Assembly (NCBI GenBank): GCA_945873065.1
Contig: CAMCBN010000003.1
Coordinates: 5,166 to 69,165, forward strand
Direction of reading: 5' to 3'
Origin: an uncultured Candidatus Saccharibacteria bacterium
GTDB taxonomy: Bacteria > Patescibacteriota > Saccharimonadia > Saccharimonadales > Saccharimonadaceae
DNA length: 64,000 nucleotides
Shown: positions 19,673 to 27,858 of the stretch, in pieces
Layout: every line of letters begins with the position of its first letter
Numbering within the stretch: position 1 is the first letter of the stretch
Translations under genes and position numbers: made by a program
Notes under the pieces: generated by a model
The model's input: the letters and a program-made list of their open reading frames with translations, nothing else
Database searches by the model: none
What the model was told of the DNA's origin: nothing

Positions 19673-19963
19673 ATGTTTAATGCGTTTCTTTTCAGCGCAA
19701 TCGTTATGACTGCGACGCTCGTCTTTTTACTCCCCGTGACAATCTACAGGGTCGTTAAGGAGGAAAGACGGTGGCGCGAAGTTGCCGCTGGTTGGGGCTT
19801 TCTCGTAGCCCTTGGACTTGCAGCAATAGTACACGCATACGCCGCTATTGAGTGGCACACCGTTAGTGGAGTAGTGGCAATAGACGCCATCGGGCTAGTA
19901 CTAACATCAGTGGCACTGCCATTCCTCATCTTTGACTCGACGAACGAGAAGAGATGCAAATAG
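19673..19963 (+). CDS. Small orphan membrane protein (96 aa, ~3 TM)
   Basis: AAGGA SD before ATG 19673; three hydrophobic stretches; hairpin GAGGTGCCA/TGGCACCTC upstream. Confidence 0.65.
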   Translation: MFNAFLFSAIVMTATLVFLLPVTIYRVVKEERRWREVAAGWGFLVALGLAAIVHAYAAIEWHTVSGVVAIDAIGLVLTSVALPFLIFDSTNEKRCK

Positions 19964-19990
19964 GAGAAAGATGAGCTGACGTGCCTCGCC

Positions 19991-20090
19991 GCGCCCAGCT
20001 GGTGGGTGCAAAAAGCTAACTTCAGTTAGTAACCAGTAAAATCGCCTGAAACCCAGGCGTCCCCGCACGAAATGTGCGGGGTTATTCCTT
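19991..20090 (+). terminator. Array of four hairpins ending in a terminator-like stem
   Basis: GCGCCCA/TGGGTGC, CTAAC/GTTAG, CGCCTG/CAGGCG, CCCCGCAC/GTGCGGGG followed by TTATTCCTT. Confidence 0.65.
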
Positions 20091-20130
20091 TGTGGTTCAC
20101 CTCGCCTTAAGTCGTGTTATAATACAAGTT

Positions 20131-21261
20131 ATGAAGGTAAAGATAGAGATCGACACCAGAACTTTCGTGCGATTTTGGTTAGTAGTGATTGGTTTTGCAG
20201 CGATAATCTTGATGATTTACTTGGCACGTACAGCGCTATTTATTCTCGGCGCTTCCGGCTTTTTGGCTTTAGCGCTGAACGGTCCAGTCAATGCTATCGT
20301 CGAGCGCCTACCTAATCGTAGCCGCACATTGAGCACAGCATTAGCCTTTACAGCAATTGTAGCCATATTGGGGGTCGTGCTATTTCTAGTAGTACCGCCG
20401 ATAGTCGAGCAGACGACTAAATTTATCGACTCTTTGCCTAAGATGATCAATAACGCTGGCGAACAGTGGCGCGATTTCGGAACTTTTATTGAGCAATATC
20501 ACATAGAGGCTCAGGTCAACCAGGTGATTGATGGTCTTCGCAACAGCGCTGAGTCGTGGACGCGCAATTTTAGCAGCAACCTTATCTCTGGTATTGGCTC
20601 ATTCTTCTCTACGATAGCTTCAGTGTTTTTGGTCTTGGTATTAACTTTTTTGATGCTTACCGAAGGACCGGCCTGGGCAGAACGTTTTTGGGGGTTGTAT
20701 CGCGACCAAGCCAAGATGGAGCGCCACCAAAAATTAACCAAGCGTATGCATGCAGTAATCTCGGGTTACGTAGTGGGGCAACTGACCGTTTCTGGTATAG
20801 GTTCATTATTCGCCGGAGCAGCGGTTTTTATCCTGAGTTTATTCTTCACTGCTATTCCATCCAACTTAGCTTTGGTGACTATAGCTACTAGTTTCGTGCT
20901 ATCACTGATACCAATGTTTGGTGCGACTATCGCTGGAGTGTTGGTGTCATTGTTACTGGCGTTTAATGCTTTGCCTGGTGGTATTATTTTCGCTATTTTC
21001 TTTATCGTCTATCAGCAAATAGAAAATAACTTCATATCGCCAACTATTCAGTCGCGCAAGATTGAACTCACCCCTCTACTGGTACTTGCAGCAGTGACTG
21101 TTGGTTTATATATCTTTGGTATTTTAGGGGGGTTAGTCTCTATACCGGTCGCTGGCTGCTTAAAAGTTTTACTAGAAGATTACCTAGAATACTCACGTAA
21201 AGCCCGCGAGGAATCTACTAAGCCGCTCGCTAAATTAGCTAGCAAAATTCGTAAAGCCTAA
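20131..21261 (+). CDS. AI-2E (PerM-like) family transporter
   Basis: Polytopic; SLIPMFG, YQQIENNFISP, GILGGLVSIP; TATAAT 7 nt before ATG 20131. Confidence 0.9.
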   Translation: MKVKIEIDTRTFVRFWLVVIGFAAIILMIYLARTALFILGASGFLALALNGPVNAIVERLPNRSRTLSTALAFTAIVAILGVVLFLVVPPIVEQTTKFIDSLPKMINNAGEQWRDFGTFIEQYHIEAQVNQVIDGLRNSAESWTRNFSSNLISGIGSFFSTIASVFLVLVLTFLMLTEGPAWAERFWGLYRDQAKMERHQKLTKRMHAVISGYVVGQLTVSGIGSLFAGAAVFILSLFFTAIPSNLALVTIATSFVLSLIPMFGATIAGVLVSLLLAFNALPGGIIFAIFFIVYQQIENNFISPTIQSRKIELTPLLVLAAVTVGLYIFGILGGLVSIPVAGCLKVLLEDYLEYSRKAREESTKPLAKLASKIRKA

Positions 21262-21328
21262 AACCAAAACGCTCCATATTACACGAAATCTTCTCTCGAT
21301 GGAGCTAACATAGGTGTTTAGTGCAAAA

Positions 21329-21544
21329 CTACGTGAAATTGACCATTATACCCAGCAAAGTTATAGCGGTCGCAGCTAATACTGAAATAGCCACCATCAT
21401 ACGATTTGGGTAATAATCAACTTTGGTAGAGGTAGAGGTGTTAGTGACGTACTTACGAGTCTTTGTAGCTTCACGTTTGACACTCGACGTAGATTTAGTC
21501 GGTCGTTTTTGATTATTTAGGGTTTTCTTTTTCTTTACGCTCAT
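21329..21544 (-). CDS. Small basic protein with C-terminal TM helix
   Basis: MSVKKKK...YYPNRMMVAISVLAA; TATACT 6 nt before ATG 21544. Confidence 0.7.
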   Translation of the reverse strand: MSVKKKKTLNNQKRPTKSTSSVKREATKTRKYVTNTSTSTKVDYYPNRMMVAISVLAATAITLLGIMVNFT

Positions 21545-21568
21545 GCTTATAGTATACTGGGTATTAAG

Positions 21569-24100
21569 ATGAATTACTATAGCAAAACCACCCAACAAGC
21601 TTTAGCCGAGCTAAAATCATCGGCCGATGGTCTCAGCCAGGCTGTTGCGTCCAAACGCTTGCAGCAATACGGCATCAATAGTATCACTGTACGTGGTGTA
21701 CCGCTGTGGCGACGGTTAATCGAGCCATTTTGCTCAGTGTTTATGACGGTGCTGTTCGTGGCGGCGATCATTAGTTTCATGCATCAAGCTTTCGTAGATG
21801 GAATAATCGTTTTAGCTATCATCGCGATAAGCGCTATCATAGACTATACTCAGCAATTATCAACCGAGCGGATATTGCGTTCTTTACAAAAGAAGTCCTC
21901 ACTTCGCACAGTAGTCCGTCGCAGTGGTAGCGAGCAAATCATTGACTCTGAAGGGTTGGTACCTGGTGACATAATCCTCCTCGAAGAAGGCGATAAAATT
22001 CCTGCTGACGCTCGCGTAATAGAATCTCACTCTCTACGTGTTGACGAATCGCAACTGACAGGTGAATCTTTGCCAGTCGAGAAAAATAATGATATCGTAG
22101 CTAATGATGCGGCCGTTTATGAACGATACAATAGTCTATATCAAGGCTCATTCATAATCGGCGGACATGGCGTAGCGGTCATTACCAGCACTGGTAACTC
22201 TACTGAGTATGGTAAATTAGCCGCTTTATCTAGCCAAACTCGCGAGCCTAGCCCAGTGCAGCGCAAGATAGACCAACTGATCAACAAGATCATTATCGCT
22301 ATGTTAATAATAGCCGCTGCTACCTTGCTATTAGCGCTTTGGCGAGGTATGGAGTTTAGTCAAGCTGTACAATTTGTCATCGCACTGTCAGTGAGTGCTG
22401 TACCAGAAGGGCTACCGGTGGCTATATCAGTAATCGTAGCACTCGGCATGCAACGTATGGCACGGCGCAAAGCACTCGTCCGCACCATGGCAGCTATCGA
22501 AACTATCGGCGTCATCACCACCATAGCTACCGATAAAACTGGCACATTAACAAAAAACAAACTTACTGTCCAAACGACCTGGGCTTTACGCGATCCCGAA
22601 TTGTTAGCCAAAACGATTGCTAATAGCACATTACCACATGTCAGTGGCAAGACATACGATCCGCTAGATAAAGCTTTCGCTGATTATCGCACTAGCCAAC
22701 ACATCGTCCAATCGCGAGCGTCCGAAGTAGTGGTTTACCAATTCGAGCATAGTATCGCTATGAGTGGTACACAGCAGCTATCATCAGGTAAATATACTTT
22801 ATCGATCAAAGGTGCGCCAGAGGCTATTGTCGCACACTGTCGCCTTAGCCCCAGTGAAAGTAAAGCTATTACCAAGCAGCTACAACAGTTGACGGAGCAG
22901 GGTTATCGCGTGCTAGCTTTGGCTTACGCTAATCGTACTAAACCGCTCAGTTCGTTGACACAGTTACCGAAACACGAGTACTTACAATTTGTTGGCTTGG
23001 TGGGCGTAGCGGATGTTTTGCGCCCTGAGGCTCGCACTTCAATAGTTAAGGCTCAGCAGGCTGGCATCACTGTGCGTATGATCACCGGTGACCATTTTGA
23101 GACAGCCTACCAAATAGGGCAACAGCTGGGGCTGGCTCATCAACGCGAAGAAGTGTTCGACTGTCGCCAACTAGATGATTTATCAGACAAAGAGCTTGCT
23201 CATCTAGTCAAGCGAATTCGGGTGTTTTCTCGTGTCATTCCAGAACAAAAACATCGTATCCTAACAGCTCTCAAGGTCACTGACATCACTGCTATGACGG
23301 GCGATGGTGTCAATGATGTACCAGCCCTGACCAATGCCCATGTTGGCATCGCTATGGGCTCGGGGTCAGCGATCGCCAAAGATGCTGGCGATATTATTTT
23401 ACTCGATAATAACTTCCGCTCCATCATCAGTGCAGTACAAGAGGGGCGTACCATTTATGCCAACATCAAGCGAATGGTAATGTACTTATTGTCTACTAAT
23501 TTAGGTGAAGTGCTGGTGTCAATAGGCTCGTTGATAGCTGGCATGCCCATACCATTATTACCAGTACAGATTTTATGGGTAAATCTAGTCACCGATACTA
23601 CCATGGTCATCCCGCTCGGTCTTGAGTCCAGTCAAAAACACACTATGCGCCGCCCACCACACCGGCCAGACGCACCTTTATTGAGCTTATTCATCCTTGG
23701 ACGTGTTATTCTGATAGCCGCCACCATGGCTGTAGTGACACTATCTTTGTACGCAATTTATAATGCAAGGTATGGTGTAGAATACGCACGTACAATTGCC
23801 TTCGTGGCTCTCGTCGTCATGCAGTGGGCCAGTGCTATGACTGCTCGTAGCGAACATGAGCCAGTTTGGCGCAGAATGTTGCGTTGGAGTCCGGCTTTTC
23901 ATGGAGGGTTGATAGTTTCGGTAGTATTGCAATTGGCTGCAATGTTTGGGCCACTTGGCAGCCTATTACATGTCACGACAGTAACGCAATACGATTTACT
24001 TATCACCTTTGCCATCGCCTTGATAGTGCCACTAGCTGTGATAGAGTGGCACAAATGGCTTGGCCGACAGAATTTGTCGAAGAATGATCGTACTGCTTAA
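21569..24100 (+). CDS. P-type cation-transporting ATPase (type II-like)
   Basis: TGES, PEGL, DKTGTLT, KGAPE, MITGDH, GDGVNDVPAL. Confidence 0.95.
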   Translation: MNYYSKTTQQALAELKSSADGLSQAVASKRLQQYGINSITVRGVPLWRRLIEPFCSVFMTVLFVAAIISFMHQAFVDGIIVLAIIAISAIIDYTQQLSTERILRSLQKKSSLRTVVRRSGSEQIIDSEGLVPGDIILLEEGDKIPADARVIESHSLRVDESQLTGESLPVEKNNDIVANDAAVYERYNSLYQGSFIIGGHGVAVITSTGNSTEYGKLAALSSQTREPSPVQRKIDQLINKIIIAMLIIAAATLLLALWRGMEFSQAVQFVIALSVSAVPEGLPVAISVIVALGMQRMARRKALVRTMAAIETIGVITTIATDKTGTLTKNKLTVQTTWALRDPELLAKTIANSTLPHVSGKTYDPLDKAFADYRTSQHIVQSRASEVVVYQFEHSIAMSGTQQLSSGKYTLSIKGAPEAIVAHCRLSPSESKAITKQLQQLTEQGYRVLALAYANRTKPLSSLTQLPKHEYLQFVGLVGVADVLRPEARTSIVKAQQAGITVRMITGDHFETAYQIGQQLGLAHQREEVFDCRQLDDLSDKELAHLVKRIRVFSRVIPEQKHRILTALKVTDITAMTGDGVNDVPALTNAHVGIAMGSGSAIAKDAGDIILLDNNFRSIISAVQEGRTIYANIKRMVMYLLSTNLGEVLVSIGSLIAGMPIPLLPVQILWVNLVTDTTMVIPLGLESSQKHTMRRPPHRPDAPLLSLFILGRVILIAATMAVVTLSLYAIYNARYGVEYARTIAFVALVVMQWASAMTARSEHEPVWRRMLRWSPAFHGGLIVSVVLQLAAMFGPLGSLLHVTTVTQYDLLITFAIALIVPLAVIEWHKWLGRQNLSKNDRTA

Positions 24101-24180
24101 AATCTAATAAAGTCGGATGATATAGATCTTGTAACTATGCTAGCAGAAGGTCTTTTCCGTCACTTCGCTCAGTGTCGATC

Positions 24181-26235
24181 TTAATGTTTCTTCATGTATT
24201 GCTGTAGTAGCTCAATATCCGCCAAATCCTTCGCTCGTCCTAAGTGCTGTTTGCATTCTATCAGATCTGCGATACCCATAAATGACACATCATGGTCTGA
24301 AAAGGCATGTTTTTTTAATGTACGTAAATTTTTGCCCATCCATGAACGCATAATATTATATCCATCATGCGACAAAATCCGTTTACCATTATCTTGCACA
24401 TATTCCTGCCAGTGTTTAGTATCGCGAAAATAGCTATAAACATCATCACTCACCACTAGGTCTACGTCGACAGTAGAGCGTAATCCCAGTACTTCCATGA
24501 CACCACCACCGATCACTACATAATAATCCGAGACAAGCCCGAGGCGATCGACCATTTCGATTGTCGATCGCCGTGCATTATCCTGATGCAGAATCGCATC
24601 GTTGAGCGTCTCAAATATATTTGCCTCTCCGACCAAATTTGTAATCCCATATGAGTCCAGCTGATGTCGTAATGTCGGCGGGACATGTGAGAAACAAAGG
24701 CGAATACCATCACTACTCAGCCTACGGTACCACCGTTTGATAGCACGAGTCGCCGTATAGTCCATCGTACTTATCGCTCCCGCATCAATGATCACGCTAT
24801 GTATTGGCTGCTGTGCTTGGCGAATAGCTAGATTCAGCCTCTCCTCGAAATACGCAATATTTTCGAAAAACAAAGCTTCGTCAAATCGATACGCCAGCAC
24901 ACCTACTGGGCTAGAGTGATGGCGATGATGCCGATCAACACGCTGCCTAGCCCAATTTGAGAGCACACCATCACGAAGGAGTACTTCATCACGAGGGTGA
25001 TATTGCCTACTTAGACGTTCTACCAACGATACTATGATAGCCATGAGTATGCCATCACGTACTCCAAGAAATACCACACCTAGTAACGCCAAAATCGCCA
25101 CCACAAACTCCGCTCGGTGTACAAACCAGATCTTGCGAAATTCCTCTAACCGCACCAAATGCCACCCGATCACACAGACGACCGCTGCTAGTGCAGCCTG
25201 TGGTATATACGCAAATATCCAGCTACCGCAAAGCAATAACACACCAATATACACCGCCATAAACACACCCGTCAACCTTGAACGAGAACCAGCTAAATCG
25301 GCTACTAACGAGCGAGGTGGACTACCGTTTACCACAAAACCATAGGTCAATGCTGATGCAATATTGGCTGCTCCGAGTGCTCGAATATCCTGACGCAACT
25401 GAACTGGCTCATCGTGCTCACCAGCAAGACCACGTATCAGCATTGAACTTTGCGCCACAATGACCAATGCAATAGAAAGGGCAGTCGGGAACAATTTCAC
25501 AGTAGTGTCAAACGAAAAAACTGGCAAGGATAGCCCAGGTAAACCTGATGGCAATACACCGATTGTCATCACCTCCACGCCTGTCATGCGTAGACCAGCA
25601 TATACGATTGACGCTACACCAAGTGCTACCAGTGCCGCTGGATATCGTGAACGACGAAGCAAGATCATTACAACGATAGTCACCACGGCAATAACTATCG
25701 CCGCTGGTTGAATATGACTAGTAGCCGTGATCAACTGATGCAATGACCCCTGATGTATTGTTTGTACACCCAATATCTCTGGTAATTTCGCTGCGATCAA
25801 CTGTACACCAATACCGGCCATAAAACCCACTACCACCGGTCGAGATATTAGATCAGCCACAAAATCAAGCCGCAACCCAACGATTATCAATAAGATAATC
25901 GCTACCATCGATGTCAGTAGTGCCATCACGCCACCATACTGCGCCGATCCAGCACTAGATATCAGCCCAGCACCAGCCGCCATCAAGACTGCAGTCGCTG
26001 AATCTGCACCAATAATTAAGCGCTTCGTCGATGCGCATAATGCAAAAATGATCGGCGCCAACAACGCACTATACAAACCAGCTTGAAATGGCAACCCAAC
26101 AATAGCTGCATAGCCCAATGATTCTGGTACAGCAATAGCAGTCACTGCTAACGCAGCCACCATATCATGACGCACATAACCCATCCAAGCCGTTAGGCGC
26201 CAACCCGCAAAAAATTGCTGAAAACGTTTATGCAT
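24181..26235 (-). CDS. SulP-family anion transporter with STAS domain and extra C-terminal nucleotidyltransferase-like domain
   Basis: VPESLGYAAIVGLP, GLYS, STAS (YRFDEALFFENI, IIDAGAISTMDYTA), then YVVIGGG...TVDVDLVV...GRAKDLAD. Confidence 0.88.
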   Translation of the reverse strand: MHKRFQQFFAGWRLTAWMGYVRHDMVAALAVTAIAVPESLGYAAIVGLPFQAGLYSALLAPIIFALCASTKRLIIGADSATAVLMAAGAGLISSAGSAQYGGVMALLTSMVAIILLIIVGLRLDFVADLISRPVVVGFMAGIGVQLIAAKLPEILGVQTIHQGSLHQLITATSHIQPAAIVIAVVTIVVMILLRRSRYPAALVALGVASIVYAGLRMTGVEVMTIGVLPSGLPGLSLPVFSFDTTVKLFPTALSIALVIVAQSSMLIRGLAGEHDEPVQLRQDIRALGAANIASALTYGFVVNGSPPRSLVADLAGSRSRLTGVFMAVYIGVLLLCGSWIFAYIPQAALAAVVCVIGWHLVRLEEFRKIWFVHRAEFVVAILALLGVVFLGVRDGILMAIIVSLVERLSRQYHPRDEVLLRDGVLSNWARQRVDRHHRHHSSPVGVLAYRFDEALFFENIAYFEERLNLAIRQAQQPIHSVIIDAGAISTMDYTATRAIKRWYRRLSSDGIRLCFSHVPPTLRHQLDSYGITNLVGEANIFETLNDAILHQDNARRSTIEMVDRLGLVSDYYVVIGGGVMEVLGLRSTVDVDLVVSDDVYSYFRDTKHWQEYVQDNGKRILSHDGYNIMRSWMGKNLRTLKKHAFSDHDVSFMGIADLIECKQHLGRAKDLADIELLQQYMKKH

Positions 26236-26321
26236 ATCTTCACCTTATCACACAGAGAAAAATCTTGATACACAAAAAAACACTCGAAGCATGAAACCTC
26301 GAGTGATATTAATCTCAGACT

Positions 26322-26396
26322 TGGCTGGGGTGGAGGGATTCGAACCCCCGAATGCTGGGACCAGAACCCAGTGCCTTACCACTTGGCGACACCCCA
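26322..26396 (-). tRNA. tRNA-Gln (anticodon CTG)
   Basis: Minus strand TGGGGTG...CTGGG-TTCTGGT-CCCAG...GGTTCGAATCC...CACCCCA-GCCA; CCA encoded. Confidence 0.97.
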
Positions 26397-26519
26397 TCGC
26401 TGTATGTACTCTAGCACGAACCGTAGATATTTTCAAGCGAACAAAGGCTAACTACCTCACTACCAAAAAAGATAGAGAGCCCTATGGGATCCGTCTTTTC
26501 CGGTTAATATATCTTCTCG

Positions 26520-27014
26520 TTATCTTTTCGTAAATTGATCCAACACCTGGCCAGCGACATACAGCATCGCTAGGCCGACCAACAAAGTGACGAAAGAAGT
26601 AACTATTAAAGCTGGTGCAAGGACAACATCAAGCAATACTCCAACAATCGCAAACCCTGTCGAAATCAACAGTGCGAGTACTAATAAAAACCAACCAACA
26701 CGCTTCTGTTGCTTGAGACCAGCAGTAGCCAGGCCAAGTAATATAGCCATACCAATAGCCAATAGCATCGACACGACCAGGTGCAAGCGCAAGAAACCGA
26801 CCATCCCACCGTTATAGTAATCCATGTACACACCCATAGCCCGAAGTGTATTAAGGAAATTACCCAATAAGCGCAAAGCGTTTAGACCAGCAATAATAGC
26901 CATCACTAGGCTAATGATCCACAGGTTAGACCGAAACCAAGCCTTTGTCTTACTATCAAAGCTTGGAAAAGGTTGGCTTAACTTTGTGACTAATGTAGTA
27001 ATAAAGTCAGACAT
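26520..27014 (-). CDS. Hypothetical membrane protein (~4 TM)
   Basis: Hydrophobic helices; TATAAT 6 nt before ATG. Confidence 0.75.
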   Translation of the reverse strand: MSDFITTLVTKLSQPFPSFDSKTKAWFRSNLWIISLVMAIIAGLNALRLLGNFLNTLRAMGVYMDYYNGGMVGFLRLHLVVSMLLAIGMAILLGLATAGLKQQKRVGWFLLVLALLISTGFAIVGVLLDVVLAPALIVTSFVTLLVGLAMLYVAGQVLDQFTKR

Positions 27015-27021
27015 ATAATTA

Positions 27022-27750
27022 TTATACCATACAAAGATATAACCGCACCCATTCTTCAGAGGTTAGCGCAGAAGGTTTTCGCTCAGGATTTATACCAAAC
27101 TTCGCGCGAGGTAGCTTCGTAAATGATGAAATCGATGCATAGTGTTGCGCGACAAACCTTTGATAGGCTGTCTGTTCGGTGCGAGGTATAAGAGACTGAG
27201 CACGCGGTAGTAATTCAAGCAAAACAGTGTCTACTGCTGGTGGTGGAGTGAAATCGCTGCGCCGTAAGCGATAGCGGATACGCGCTTGCCACCATGGAGC
27301 GAGCTGCATACCTAATGCAGCGGTAAAATGTTGATCGCTCGGTACGATTTTTTCGGCGAATTGTCGTTGGACGATCAGATATATTGCCTGAGGTGGATGT
27401 ATCGCAGCCGTGAGTTGTCGGACGATAGTAGCACTTAGCCGAAAGGGTATATTAGCGAAAACTTTATATGGTGTATCTGGTAATCGTAATCGCCGAATGT
27501 CGGCCGCGATAATTCGCACATTTGGCTGTGATCCTAGATGAGATCGTAATTTTTGTAACGCCTGCAGCTCTACTTCGACCGCTACTACTTGGTGACAACG
27601 TCGGGCCAGTACACTGCTAATCACACCACTACCAGCACCTAGATCATACACGGTATCACGCCGACGGATAGACGTATGACCTAGCAGCATTGCTACCGTA
27701 TGCGGACTACGAAGAAAGTGCTGATCGTGTGTTTTGACGAGACGTGGCAT
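27022..27750 (-). CDS. rRNA adenine dimethyltransferase family protein (KsgA/Erm-like)
   Basis: QHFL, DLGAGSG, VFANIPF, FTPPPAVDT. Confidence 0.88.
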   Translation of the reverse strand: MPRLVKTHDQHFLRSPHTVAMLLGHTSIRRRDTVYDLGAGSGVISSVLARRCHQVVAVEVELQALQKLRSHLGSQPNVRIIAADIRRLRLPDTPYKVFANIPFRLSATIVRQLTAAIHPPQAIYLIVQRQFAEKIVPSDQHFTAALGMQLAPWWQARIRYRLRRSDFTPPPAVDTVLLELLPRAQSLIPRTEQTAYQRFVAQHYASISSFTKLPRAKFGINPERKPSALTSEEWVRLYLCMV

Positions 27751-27858
27751 ATGATTAGTGTAACAGAATCATAAGATAAATCAGTTACATCGAACAACCT
27801 TAAGAAATTTATCATTAGACTGGCACCGGCAAACACAAGCGTGTATACTAAAAATCGT

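Noticed and set aside
24140-24180. CACTTCGCTCA resembling a REP-like remnant between convergent genes
   Set aside because: Too short and no complete palindrome; cannot be tied to the in-frame element family by eye.
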